A DNA stretch of 64,000 nucleotides. It comes from Trichoplax adhaerens (taxonomy: Eukaryota; Animalia; Placozoa). Shown here one piece after another: positions 27,079 through 41,327 of this stretch (position 1 is the stretch's first letter; the number at the start of each line of letters is the position of its first letter). The notes beneath the pieces are model-generated. The model worked only from the letters and a program-made list of their open reading frames with translations. It was not told where the DNA came from and searched no databases. A program made the position numbers and the translations under genes. Location: the NCBI RefSeq assembly GCF_000150275.1, contig NW_002060943.1, positions 1,788,832 to 1,852,831 on the forward strand. Reading direction: 5' to 3'.

Positions 27079-29474
27079 ATGGCGACTTCATATCAAGATT
27101 TAGCCGATAATATCCGAAATAAGCAAAATCAACGAAAACTAGAAATGGAACGATCGCATAATAACAACGATGAATACCAAAAGCCAAGGTAATTGTCGTA
27201 CGACTATTTAGTAACAATTATCCATTTATTGACATTCTATGCTATTATTTTCTTATTAGGATCGATGGGAATGGATTTGAGCGCAGTGCATCATTTAATT
27301 TTGAACTTTATAACTCTATCATGTCGGATTATTTGGTAGTACTGGCTCGGCGAGCTACAAGATGGCAAAAACTTTGGCCCTCATCAAATCAACGTCAGCC
27401 TAAACGATCTGCAACAAGTATACCGAAAATTAGTAGACATAAATATTGTCGTTACTATTTTTATTCGTTAGTTATTTAACAATAATTAGTCACTGGTCAC
27501 AAATTTTGTTCATAGCCTATAAACATTTATGTGAATGACAGTAATATACAAAAATCTATGCGGAGCATATAAGTCAACTTTTATATATTCTGACTCGATT
27601 CTTTTTCCTTTATAGTTAAAAGATATATCAGGAAAGGTGTTCCAGATGGTGTACGGAAACAAGTAAGCTGTAATCCTTACAGTGAGAGATCTTACAAATG
27701 GTCACTATTGTATTTTATAAATTATTTATAAATGACATTCTGAATATGACTTGGAATATTGGCTAATAAAACTTTTCCTCGTACAGTTTATTAACATGAC
27801 ATCTGCATTTATCCTGTTAGGTATGGATGTTTGCTAGTGGTGCCGATAAATTAATGAAACAAAATAAAGGCGTATATCGAAATTTATTAAGCAAAGCTGA
27901 TAATGCAGATGTTATATCAAGCGTTGAAAAAGGTTAGTTTCATTGATTTATAAATCTTGCGATTATGGTTTGGCAACAGTTACTACATAGAAAAGTAAAT
28001 TGTTTTTATTATAGGTTGTTTTTATAACTCAATCACCCACTTTTTGTTGTATTCGTAGATCTTTTCCGCACCTATCCTGACAATATTCATTTTCGACGAG
28101 ATTCGGATGACAGTAAATGCGAACAATTATACGATGTCTTAATCGTTTACGGACACTACAACAAAGGTGTTGGCTACTGCCAGGTAAGTTTTTAATGGAA
28201 CTCGATTTCACCAGTGTTATGTAAAGCTTTGTAGCCACTTTTATGATCCATTGTAGCTATAATGACCATCCTACTTATAATTGTAATAAGGGTTTAAACT
28301 ACATTGCTGCTATGCTACTATTGGTTATAAAAGATGAAGAATCTACGTTTTGGCTACTTGTAGCTTTAACAATGAATCTATTGCCAAGTAATAAAACGCT
28401 GCTTATTCATCTTGTAAATTACTTCATCTGCTTAATATTGTTGGAAGGTTGCTGCTAGTCGGTTCCGTAACAAATAAAATCAATATCTATTTAGATTATT
28501 ACTCGAAAGGATTGAATGATTTAATTGTTGATCAAGCCGTTTTCGATAAATTACTGAGGTATTTTATAGTTTTGTTTTATTTCTAAAATAATTAATCTAC
28601 AATTGATATTAAAAGAATTTTATCTATTTATCTTAACTAACCGTGAGCAAACAAGCTTCCATATTAATTAAAAAATCTTTCTTTCTTATTAAGTAAAAAA
28701 TTACCTGATTTACATGCACATTTGAAATCTCATGGCGTTGATGTACCTTTATTTGCTACGAAATGGTTCATCTGTTTGTTTGCTGATGTTTTGCCTTCTG
28801 AAGTAAGATTTGAAATCATAACTAAATCATCTATACAGTACGATCAAATTCGTAGGTCTTCTAGTTAATATATACGAACACCTACAATAATTAGCACTAA
28901 TCAATATAATCGTTAATCCTGGGCTTATACCTTTAGACAGTTCTTCGTTTATGGGATGCATTCTTTTATGAGGGATCAAAAATAATATTTCGCGCTGCGT
29001 TAACTATTATGATCAAACTAGATGAGCGGCTGAGATCAAAGGATGACCTGGCTTCGATATTAGAAATTTTCAAGGTAGTTTTTTAAGCTACTAATAGCAC
29101 ATGTTTTGTCATTAAATGTATTTATTTCTAGCTAGGAAGTACATCATAATGTTATTTTGAATTCCTTTTTAATAGTCGATAGCAGAATTACCCGAATTTC
29201 TTAACTGTCATCAATTCATAGCGGTATGTAGGCTGCATCGCGAAGGACAATGATATAACTCTAAGCAAAAGTGTCTTCTGACTACATATATTTTTGGATA
29301 TTATTAACATCTACTTAATAGTGGCTGTTACAGCCTACCATCTCAGTATTTCTAGTATAAAATACTAATGATCTTACTGGAATTATTTATCAGGCAATAT
29401 TTGAGATACCGAATCCACTATCAATGGATACAATTAAACAATTACGCCAGGAGTGCGCAAAACCATCGAATTGA
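27079..29474 (+). CDS. GRTP1: Growth hormone-regulated TBC protein 1 (Rab-GAP, TBC1D6)
   Basis: Motifs RIDGNGFER...DYLVVLARRATRW, KRYIRKGVP, VEK|DLFRTYPDN (Arg finger), GYCQ|GLNYIAA (Gln finger), KWFICLFADVLPSE|TVLRLWDAFFYEGSKIIFRAAL. Stop is TGA 29472-29474. Confidence 0.92.
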
Positions 29475-30858
29475 AAACGACTCGTAGCAATAGTAGAATG
29501 TCTAATACTCATCTTGATATTAAGCAATAACCCCGCTTAAACGTATTCGATGATATTACATAAAGTCCTGTAATGTTCATACAAAAGTTTTTAATTTAGG
29601 AAATCCAATTTTATTATGCCATATGGCAGTAAGTTGTTTACACTAAGATCAAAGCTGAAAGATTTGCTATACACGTCATATCCCAAGAAATTAGCAGTCA
29701 GTAATCCGCAATTTATGCACGTAATATACATAATATGTTAGCAACCATTCTTTGGCTTTATAATGGTAGTATGTAATTAACATTGTTCGGCGATCTTATC
29801 CTTAAACTAAGGTCGAGCTGTTATTGCTATTGGCGAATTTACTAGTGTTGGTAGTGGTTAAACGATTTGGCTAAATGAAGTTCGGTCCAAAAATGGTCCA
29901 ATACCATGAATGGATTGGTTATGTTACATTCAAGCATCATTTGCTTGTTACTATTTGTATTATACTAAATATAACCGTATAAAGGGTATAAACCAAGCTA
30001 AGATGTAAACGGGTATGATAAATACGAATCTTTCAAATAGTCGTTCCTTCTTATTTATTTTTGACATGATTTAGGACTTACTTTCGACTGGTTAAACAGA
30101 ATAGTGCATTTTATTGTGCATAGAGCCTAAAATAGTGTAGAACAGTTTAATGATTATTCATTTGCTAGTATGTAGTTCGATGTACCTAAACATTATTAAT
30201 AGCGATCTATGTTTAGTTTATGTATCACGTAGCGACACCTAGCTCTCACTAATTAAAGAAAGGATTCAAATTTTATCCTATCGAACTTTTTCATTCTATC
30301 CGTAATTTACTTGATGTAAGTAAGTGTTTTAATAGAACAATTCCCCAATACTTTGGAAATAGTTAATCTCATTTATCGTCTTTTCTAAGCTTTTGTTACG
30401 GTAGAGAAGAAGAATAGACAAACATTAGTACAAACTACTCTTTTAAAAAGTAGTTTAGTAACAAACCAAACTATTTTATTGATGATATCAATTAAAATTT
30501 CATACAGAGATTTTCAGATCTAAACAACACTATTTTACCATCACTTAATTTATCGATGGAAGACCTAAGTACAATTTAAAAGTAGAGAATCCGGTTGCAA
30601 CAAACGTCTAGTAGTTTCCAACAATAATTATTAAGTCAACAAGCTGCAATATCAATGCACTAGAATTGAATTCATCAATGTGGGGTTAAAAGTAATGGCA
30701 CAAGGTATAATGCATGACCTATTGATCATATTTTACAGGATTCTTTTATGTTAACCGCCACAGGAGAAATTTATTACCTATCACTCAGCCTAGTTTCGAG
30801 ACCAAGATACAATATTTTAGTTTGCTTGCAAAATTAATCAAGCTACTGACTTCTATAA

Positions 30859-33600
30859 TTAGTGTTGCAAATCCGTAACTGTTTGATAGTGATCCTTATC
30901 ACGGTATCTAGCAACAAGTAGTACAATAACATAAACGATTAAAACTATAACAGTAATGATGGCTAGAACACCTCCAACAATTAATGGAGCTATACTTTGA
31001 TGGAATCGTCTGTCTTGATGCTTATCTTTGGATGGACAGTAGAATACTATAATAAAATAGATATGTTAGTAAAATGCATGAAATTAATAGTTAGTTTCTC
31101 ATGACTGTAAGGGAAACTACCAGATTAAACTATAGTTGCTATTATTGTTACGCTTACCTTTATAACTAAATTGGCCGTTAGTTACATCGAATGGCTGTAA
31201 TTTTATATTATTTATACGTATGGAACCATCTTGAGGCTGGAATTGAAAATCATAACCCTGATGACAGACAAATGTTTGATGGCTAAAACCAGTCATTGCT
31301 AAAATCAATGTCTGAGGCTTAACGTAGAGGTCAACGCTTTGATTTGAGTTTACTATATATGAGGATAGAGTAGAAATAATTTCTTATCACAATCTTTCTA
31401 ATATCGTTTGAAATTTTACATTACATCAGCAAATTATTAAGTTTCAATCATTCTACCGCCCAAAGAACTAGCTCAATCTTCAGCCTATCGCATAAGACTC
31501 AAGTATGCAAATGTGTTCATGTTTGAATATGAAAGGACTATTAAGTATCATACCGCACTGATCCAATATTGAAATAGATATGCTAACTATAAAAAGCTAT
31601 CTACTAAATCGTGCGCCTGCTAACTGCTAAAAGATAGTAATTTGAAACTAATAATATTTTATTACTTTAGACTATCTATTTCGATAATATGTGGCTATGT
31701 ATCGCCAGTGATAATAAGTTAGTAATATATAAGGATATTTATTGCATAGTTCAATTAATAAAATTAGCCAAATTACGAACTCTGTAAATTATCTTTTTAA
31801 TGTTATATTCGAACATTAAACCAGACGTTAATCAGTAATCGTATAGCTGCATAATAATAGTATCATTTTTACCTGCTACTGTTTTATTTTTCGGAGATAT
31901 TATAACATCTAACTGGTCCATTTTCCATTCAGATACTGGTTTACCTGCTGGTTTATGAGTCATTTTAAACTGGAAATCGCAACTATATTGATAATAATCA
32001 TCCTTCCATTGTAACTGGAGAAAAGACGTTCCATTTTCCTGACAGTAACCACTAGCACTAGCTGTACGAGGCGCATTGACGAGTCTGTAATTTGTCTATG
32101 GAAGAAATTATAAGTATCTATGTCACAATACTGTAGTTATCGATATAGAGCGATCGTTTTCTATAACAATATTAATCTTGAATATAGAAATAGTGAGAGC
32201 ATATTGATGTTTTCGATATTGCAGTGTAACCTTATCATTGGATCGATTATAGTGCACAGTTATTAAACAGGACTTTTACCTCACCTTGATTACAGTAAAT
32301 ATAGTTTATACTGGACTACTCCTTAGTTTATGACTAAGATTAAGCTTTAATTCCCCAGAATTAGATGATAACCATTAGCATGATGTAAGTAATAGTATAG
32401 TTAGCCTTGAAGATTATAATATATCTAATTGATTACATTATGGCAGTTACCTGCTATCTTGAGAATTCTACATTATATACGAATATAAACTTGTACATAC
32501 AAATACTAAAATGATAAAATGCAATACACTACTCATGTAGCACATTATCCTGTTCTAGCTAGCGATTTTGTTGAAGGAAATCGATAACAAACATACATGT
32601 AATATAATAAATGTATCTAATTATTCGTATATTATGGCAACTTTGATTTAAAGAAAATCTTCATTGGTTTTAGTAATTGCTAATTAATTTAAAATACAGA
32701 TTGATCCGTTTGTGCTCATGCATGTTATTATATTCTACCATTGTATTTCTGGGCAAATAGGGAAGATCAGAATTGGTTAAATTCAGTTGAATGGCCATAA
32801 TGGCTAGTAAACATGCTGTTCCTTGTTCGTTATGAAGACTCCAATAGCCAACTTTAGGACCACTATTTTGGATACCTTCTGCCGTTTGAACAGTGGTAAC
32901 GCTGGATGCCGTACATGAATATATCCTAGTAATTAACACTATATCAAAATAATCAATAGATCAGTTACCTCCTTTCATGCATTCGAACCAGTGCGATCGA
33001 AACTAAAATTAAAATCTATATTTCGCTCTCCCCTTACGAGCATGAAATTCTTGATTTTTGCAATATGATATTATTATTCGTAAACTGGCCAGATTATTGT
33101 TCATCTATGATAATACTTTGGTAACTAAGCTAATAGATAATATTACAGTATTTCTAATCCAAAAGTAAATAAATGGCAACGTAAATCCTGGATGACAATT
33201 CCATCTAATATTTTTATTGGTAGAATATGCAAGATCTACCTTTCTAGAGAGGGTACTAATTTTTATGCAAAGCAATATAGAATTTGTTTAAAAATATTTG
33301 TAGGAAAGGGTGATGTTATGGGAAAAATTTTATGATAGATTTTGTAACATATAATGTTTTCGTGTTCTGTTACATTGGCAAGATAACTAGTCTCTTTTTT
33401 AAAATGAAGATAGAGCTGAGGTTAAACAAATGGCTTCTATAATCATACCTGCTATCAAAACTTGGCAAGAAAATATTTTGAATGTTGATAACATATTGGC
33501 TAAGACTGAATTTTTGGAGATCAATCGCAGCAAAGATTAAGATAAATACTTCGTCCAACCATACAGTCCTGATATAGTTTATCCTATTAATTTGAAACAT
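30859..33600 (-). CDS. LAMP-family glycoprotein, paralogue A (single luminal LAMP domain); exons 33600-33565?, 33015-32969?, 32925-32739, 32095-31873, 31352-31158, 31046-30859
   Basis: Motifs W...GTACLLAIMAIQL, ASASGYC, HQTFVC, IKLQPFDVTNGQFS|VFYC, a transmembrane segment, and tail RYRDKDHYQTVTDLQH*. The putative signal peptide MFQINRINYIRT|ILILVSIALV rests on two tentative first exons. Confidence 0.8.
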
Positions 33601-36600
33601 AGCTTAGCAATACACGTACTGTTAATGCGGAAGCTGATAGAATATCACCTTCAATTGGTAATATTAGTTGAATATGTGAAATTAAAGCTTCCCAATTTAA
33701 TAATAATACTCATCTATTCTTTCAAATATTAGATTTAATACCTTAACTTTTAACTAGCGGTCTCAAGGGAATTAGTTGTTTATCAGTCATTTTGTCATCT
33801 TAATTAATCTAATCTAGAAAATTAGAATATAAGCTAAAAATTCCCTCCAGATATACAGAGGAAGTATTTATAGTAACGATGATATTTTTGAAAAATTCCT
33901 AATTTAATGTCATATTAAGTCATAGCCTTTCTCAAGTTCTATGCTTCTATTATAGAAATAATTTAATTAATAATTTTGTTTCCGATGGTGAACATTTCAA
34001 CCAGTGATGATCAAGATGACGTCAGAAGTATGCCCTTATAGTAGACATATGATTTATTAGTCATGAAGTTGCTTGACTATTTGCTGGTCGAGAAAAGGCA
34101 TTACATATGGTAGCATATTGCTGTCTAATATCAATGAATTTTACTCTAATGGTTAAATTGGGTTAGTAGAAGTATAATAAATCAGAATATGGATTGTCTC
34201 TTATAAATTTTGATGATTTAAAATTTCTCATATAAAGTTGATTCTATAGTAATAAAAATTTGTTTTATTATAAAATAATATTGGAAGCGGTTTTAATTCT
34301 ATCACTATCTATATAATACGATTACTTACTTTAATGTATGTACTACAATGTTACTATAAAGTCTTTTAAGAATCAAGAAATTACCAGTACTTTTCTAGAT
34401 TTCATTTCGGTAGTAATTATTGATCCCATTTCTCTACGGTATCTTTGATAATAATAGCCAATATGGATGATTTTGTATATTCAGGTGTTCTACTAATTTC
34501 AGCATAAATCTACCAACTCACGATGCTATCATAACATATAGTGGGAAATATAATTAATTATATACATAATAGAAGCATATTGTTGTTTACTATACGTATA
34601 TTTTGATTTAGATTAAATATTGCGATCATATCTAATTAATTTTCATACTTTAATTTTTAGTTTATTACGAATTTCTACGTAATATTTGCATTTGCAAATA
34701 TATTATTTATTCATTTTAACTTGATAACTGTAGTTAAAATAGATATAACAATTCTTTAAATTATAGAGCATATTTTATAATTTTATTTTCATCTTTAGTC
34801 GTTCTATATTGATTTATTCTAATTTTCAGTAATAGAAAAGATTTTTATGAATAGTCGATATAACTTTGCGAGTTCTTCAGATTAATACCAGCTATTATGA
34901 TATTAAATTCTAAATTTTATCTATTAAAGCAAAGTAATAAAACAAAAGATTGAAATTCTTTGATTAATGGATTAAGTATTAGTATTTGATATTTTGAAAT
35001 TATTTATAGATTAGTTTATAATAGGTTGTGTAAATATCAAAATCTACTATCTAGATAGGAATTGATCGAATACGGCAAGAGTATTTGCAATTGTATGTAG
35101 CAAAATTGTAATTTCTATTGTAAATACTGTAGATCACAAAATAGCATTGATCGTCATTTTTTTCACTGTTAGCTAACGATTAGAAGATAATTACCAACTT
35201 AGTAGTCTTTATTTGTAAAATTTAATGCTATGATATGATAAGCTAAGCTCGAACGTGTGCTACAAGTACAAGATTAGAAAATGAAAACGATCATTTTGAG
35301 ACTTGATAAAGTTAAAACTCACACGGTCGTGAAATTTTTCCGTATTAACTATTAAATATTATACAGTTTAACGTCCCAAACATTAACAACCTGCTTTGCG
35401 AAGTTAGGAACTAGATATGTTAGATTGGTCTAGTAGTAAGCTTATTAACTGATGTCAACCAGTACTGGCAATGGTGTTGTGATTCCTATGTTGCTATAGG
35501 ATTGCTACCATATCGACCATTTACTATAAGTATCATTAAGTTAGCATAGCAAAACGGGTGGTTAATCCTGGTATTGCTACTTTACTCGAAATGAATTGCT
35601 TTTTAGACAATACTTACTTTAAAATAGTATCTAGTATTCTAGGATACAAAAAAAATTATGAAACACATATGGTATTACATCATACAGCTAGTTGTACACA
35701 ACTGCTTTCTTTCTAGACTTAATTTACCGACAAGAAAAATGCAACCGTTAACACCACATGACATCTTAACAATCTGTCGGAAAATTACATTAATTATAAA
35801 GCATCGAACTCTGAATCCCTTGCAACCTTTCAAATCTTTAATGATTGTTCTGCTTCTATATTTCATATAGTAATAAGTCTTTGAATTTGTACAGATCCAA
35901 ATTTACTATATCCTTATATCATAAAATTGGAAAGTACAGGGACAGATTTCGTTTTCACATGACTACATATAGCTATGTTCTACACGTATGCTATATTAAT
36001 CACCTGTAGAAAGATAATTCAAGCTAATCTTTTTATATCACATTTAAATACAATCATTCGACACCGTAGATAATAGAATGAGAAATAGGTCGTTTAACGT
36101 AAGTTTAAGATGATTTTAATATGTTGGACTATCTACAAGTAGATAAACCAGGCTAATCAATTTCAGATGGAATAGTAATTATTCGAAAGTATTGTGTATT
36201 TAGCAATATATTTTGAGGTCTTATAGTAATAACAACAGTTTCTCTCCAATTCTTCCTGTAGTATAAGATTGCAGTGATATTAGATACTGTAAATCAAATG
36301 TTGTCTGGATAAAGAATTCAACGACTAATTTTATCATAGGTGGATATGGATATACATAGAGACTCAATTCAGATCATATACCGGTAATAAGGGAGTATGG
36401 TATGTATTTTATTGTTTCTATCTTCTTTTCAAATATATAAAGCGTCAAAGGGATAAATAGAGGATAAAATAAATTATCAGTATCTTAATGGCTAAATTAT
36501 ACACCGATTAAAACAACTGTAGGATAATCATTATTCATACGATGATATCTTATCCATGCACTAATAGTAATGATAGATAGAAATGAACAAACATTATAAA

Positions 36601-37399
36601 CTGTCTACAAATGCCAATATGAATAACAAGGATAGCAAAGATATAATAAGAATTTAATTTAGTCTTTCAGCGTTATACATTATATTGTAACAAAGCATAA
36701 ACCATATTATTCAATAATAAGAAATGATCTATATTGATTTTCATTTAATGCAATTGTTGAGCAATTTCAATATTAAGCATTGATCTCTACTTCTTTATCT
36801 ATTGATTGAAAAGCTGTTGGTTAATCAATTAATTACGAAGTAGGATATCATAAATAAATTATTATCTATAAATGATTAAGGTTGTCCAATTGACAAAATC
36901 TATCTATCCTTATTCCTATATTCATTGATATACTGTTATATTATGATCATGAACCGTCATCTCTACCACTTAACACCATTTAATTGACTAGAATATTATT
37001 CCTATTGCAATTACAAATACAATAAAATGTCAATCGATTTTAGATTATAACTAATTCTATCTGAATATATCTGATCTTCTTGACTGAAGTGGTCGTTGAT
37101 TCCAAATATAGTTCTCATTTAGCCAAATATGCAGCTTTTATATTTGATTTGATTCAAAATGTTGTAATCCCATGTAGGAGCTTTTTCAATATTGTTATTC
37201 AGAATTTATTAACTTCTACACCAGAATAAAATGTTAAAATTGTCAAAGATTATATGGCAATTCATTCACCTTAAAATGTATTAGCTTGTTCTATATCATT
37301 AGATGATAGAAAATCATGATGTTCAAGCTGTGGTAATAAATGTATACAATGAATCTACTTACCAAACATTTATCTGGATCATAAATAGGCAGCGACCAT

Positions 37400-40300
37400 T
37401 TACATAGATTGATAGCCAGCTCGGACACGATGGCGAGAGAAAACATAAGCCAACAAAGTAATCAAGAAACTTGCTGTGATTAAACTACCGACCAGAATAG
37501 GGACGGTGTTATCCTTTTTAGGAGCAAATGGGCTATCATGGACACAATACCAGACTAATGAACAGAAATAGAATCAATAAAAATGCGATAAGAAAGCTTG
37601 AAAAAATAGGCATGGAAGCCCAAAAGATATTGTTTAATGGGTAAAATAGGCGATGATTATTTTCTAGATAATCAATCTTACGTTTAAAGCTGAATTTATT
37701 GTCAACCACATCAAATGGTTGAGCACGGACATTAACAATATCGACATTTCCCTTGTTATCCATAAAATTCAGTTTATAGCCAGTACCACAGATTAGAGAT
37801 TGATGGCTCAGTGCTTTAACTTCCTCTAAGTAGGTGCTGTTGACCTCCCCTACTTGATCGCCCATAGCTATTCCAAATTAAAAATAACTTCATTAGTTTA
37901 TATTGCTTTCATATAAGGGTATATTGCGATTAATTCTACTACCTCCTAACAAATTATCAAGAGCTAACTTACGCATAGCATCAGGAATACCACCAAGTTT
38001 GTAATTTAATTTAACAGAACGAGTTCTCCACCAATCAACCAACTTGGGTGGTACAGCTTTCAATAGATAAAAGTGAAAATGGAGCGCGAAGTCATTACCA
38101 TTGTCATGCCACATTACGGAGAAAGATGAAGTCATGTTAAATTGGCAGGTGCCTTCAGCACTAGCATTGGTTGGAACATTGGATGAAAATACCTATAGAT
38201 TCAGATAAGAATTAAAACCCAAAATTCAATAATTACACATACTATGACTAATAATGTGGGAAATACGTTCAAAAAGGCTATTTGGCATTAAAAAATATTC
38301 TTTATACTTTCAAGCCGTTTGATTAGTCTAAGAAATTAAACTAGCCTAGCCAACAATCAAACAACTTACATGGATAGCATCACTTCCAGGTACTTTGTAA
38401 AAGACATTAACTCTAATTCCCATTTGGAAAAGCATGCAAGATTGATCTTTAGAGTTGGTGATATTCCAAAATCCAGTCGGGATCGTAAGTCTATCCACAG
38501 TTGCTGTTGCTGCTGTTGCTGTTGTTGCTTTTACTGTTGCTTTTACTGTTGCTTTTGTTGCTGCTGGAGTTGCCTTTACTGTCGTAGCTGGAACTGTATC
38601 CGCAGCAAAACAGACTATAAAATTTTTTTCAAATAATGATAAATGCACATTAGACCTATTGCATTTATTCTATCGTTTTACGTAGTATTTAAAAGGTTAT
38701 GCATATAAAAGTATGTTATCAATTAGACCTGAGAAAGGTTCGGTTCGGTTCAAACCGTTTTGATCTATACATGAACCTGAACCTGAACCACTTTGACATC
38801 GTCTATCAATACATAATATGGTCTTCTTTTGTACAAGCAGCAAAATCGATCAATGTTAAACTGTGACATAATTTTTTAACTTTGAAGTGAATTCGAAAAG
38901 ACTTTCAATTATTTTTAAATAAAAATTCGATTTAGGTTAAAGTATGAGTATTGAACAGAAGTGTTCAAGAAACTTCATGCGCAGAATAGAACCAAATCTT
39001 GACTAAGACTAAATAGATACTAAGCGTAGTATAGGGGCAAGAAACAATATTGCTGCGTTTTCTTACACCAAAATAGATATTACTATTCGTGATATTTTTT
39101 GTAATCTCAGGGAATTGACGGTACAAAAACTGTTAAGCTATCTTCAGCTGTCAAGCTGTTCTGTTGGATGAAAGTAATGGCATAAAATTCCCTTCAAACG
39201 AAGCAAGAAATAAATGAATATCAATTTTGCCTTGTTTATTCATGTCTATCAGATTAATCGATCTCATTTTGTACTCCTCTCTTTTGTGAAGCAACATTCT
39301 CCCCCAAGGTTTGATAGACTGAGATGTTTTACGTTGTTAGCCGGTCTAATCTTGGAAAATCCTTCATTACGGAAGACTTAACTAGAGTTAAAATTGATTG
39401 ATATTCCATTTACTAATTACATAAATTATAAAACTACTTGTGTCATGAGTAATGCCTGCCATCAGTGCAGAATATGGATTGCTACGCGTATATCCGTAGA
39501 GTTATAGCGCAAGATATATTACAGTGTATCGATTCTTCCCAATGTCAATAGCAAAAAGAATCACCAGATGCCATAAAGTATTGCCGTACTGCATGCGGCC
39601 ATGAGGCTTACTTACACCTACAGTATACCAATTTATACTATCTCATTCAATGGCTGTTATTTCCATAGTGCCTTCAACAGTATCTTATATTATACGATAT
39701 GAAGATTGGGATTGAATGAGATTACTATCATGTTTTTGACCAGCTGACTTCAAGTTTACCATATGTCGATTAAATAAGAATAAGTCATACAATTCTATAT
39801 TAGCCAAAGATTTGTTTGAATTGCGCATGAGGTTTCCTGCTTATTAGTGTTTAATATTGTACATGTAGTCAAATGAATAATTCTTGTAAATGTCTTTTAT
39901 TTGACTGGATGTTAGATCATTTTTTGGTTTTGTTTCTCTATGGATACTCGGATATGTTGACGGATTATTTCACTACTTGAACTATAATCATTATATAGTT
40001 TGTACAATGATATTGCTTAGCATTTTTCGGTGTTTCATTAAATCGTTAGTGATTAGTAGCAAATTTCAATGAAGGAAGTCGAAATTTTCGTTATTTTTTA
40101 TCCAAGAAATAAATAGATAAATGATAGTAATAGTAAAACATATAAATACGTAAAGTAATTTTGAAATGAGACTTGATTCAATTTAATAGGAAAATATTTC
40201 ATTTAAAACAGATGCTCCTACACTAAGGCAATAGAATTGCAAAATATGTAAAAAAATATCGAATCCGTTGGCGTGGTTTTAACCTATGGAATATTTATTC

Positions 40301-41327
40301 AGTGGGTATAGTGTACGGTACAACACGGCATGTTCATGAAAGTATCAATCCTAGTGAATAACGGTACAGGATATGAGTAAAAGTAAAATAATCCCTGATT
40401 AACTTTACAAGGTATGATAGCACATCGCTATTTTGGAGTTGAAACCAGGCCAGGAATAAATTTTTTTAATGCTGTAACCATTACTTCAATCAGGATAGGA
40501 ATGAAATTTCAAAAATAGTTTAATACAATAACTATTGAGATTTCAAATCTAAACTAAGCTATCCTTTAAATTTTACACGCACAAAGTTGACTGGGAAAAA
40601 TACACTAGTTGTAAGAAATATATTGGGCAGATGAGACAAATATTCTCGTACATGAGGAATTATTCTATTGCGAAATGGTATAATGAGCTAGCAACAGGTA
40701 GAAAGAGTTTCCTTAAGATGAAATAGACCTATTCTGTGCAATACTCTTTTCAAATACATATGCAATGAATAAACCTTGTGCTTTTAAGACTGTAACCTAT
40801 TAACACTAATTGGTATGTTTTAGGAAGAAATGACTACCGGTAATTTGACATTATAGCCAAGTGTCAATGAATTTAGAAATGATTTTATAGTTACTTTAAG
40901 TGAACCGAAGTGAATTGGTTGTAAGTATAGAGTTTTTCCCATCTTTGATAGTTAATCTTTATGTTATCCGAAAAGTAATTTCCATAAAAAATGAAATACC
41001 AAGTACTGCGGATGACAGCCTGGTATTCTTCATTATTGCTAATTATTATTATAGCATATTTACTACCACAATTGCAAAAAAATTCAATTGCACAGTTCCA
41101 TGTCGAAAGGAGGGATTAGAAAATTGAGTTTAGGAAGTATTTAATAATCAGTATCAGATCATGATAAACTATGAACAAGTTAAAAAGTCGATATCATAAC
41201 TAGTAGAACTTAAAGTGAACGGATTATCTATTGCCAATTTACAAGTTCTAACATTGTCATCTTTCCAAGACTTACCAGTTAATGAACAGCATAATACCAA
41301 AACGGCTAGTGACTTGAAAGAATTCAT
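37400..41327 (-). CDS. LAMP: LAMP-family lysosome-associated membrane glycoprotein, paralogue B; exons 41327-41276, 38614-38370, 38192-37973, 37867-37682, 37554-37400
   Basis: Signal peptide MNSFKSLAVLVLCCSLT, a Thr/Ala-rich mucin-like stalk, SCMLFQMGI, ASAEGTC, HQSLIC, VRAQPFDVVDNKFS and WYC. The TM segment VPILVG...LAYVF is followed by the tail SRHRVRAGYQSM* with canonical terminal GYxxΦ. Confidence 0.9.
38724..38805. mobile_element. Miniature inverted-repeat element (82 bp) in LAMP-B intron 1
   Basis: Termini TAGAC...GTCTA, flanked by direct repeat TCAAT (38719-38723 and 38806-38810). Internal inverted arrays are GGTTCGGTTCGGTTCA and TGAACCTGAACCTGAACC. Confidence 0.5.

Noticed and set aside
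38370-38685. Poly-Cys ORF (38370-38636) and Ala/Val-rich ORF (38455-38685) on the plus strand
   Set aside because: Both are antisense shadows of the Thr/Ala/Lys repeat exon of LAMP-B.
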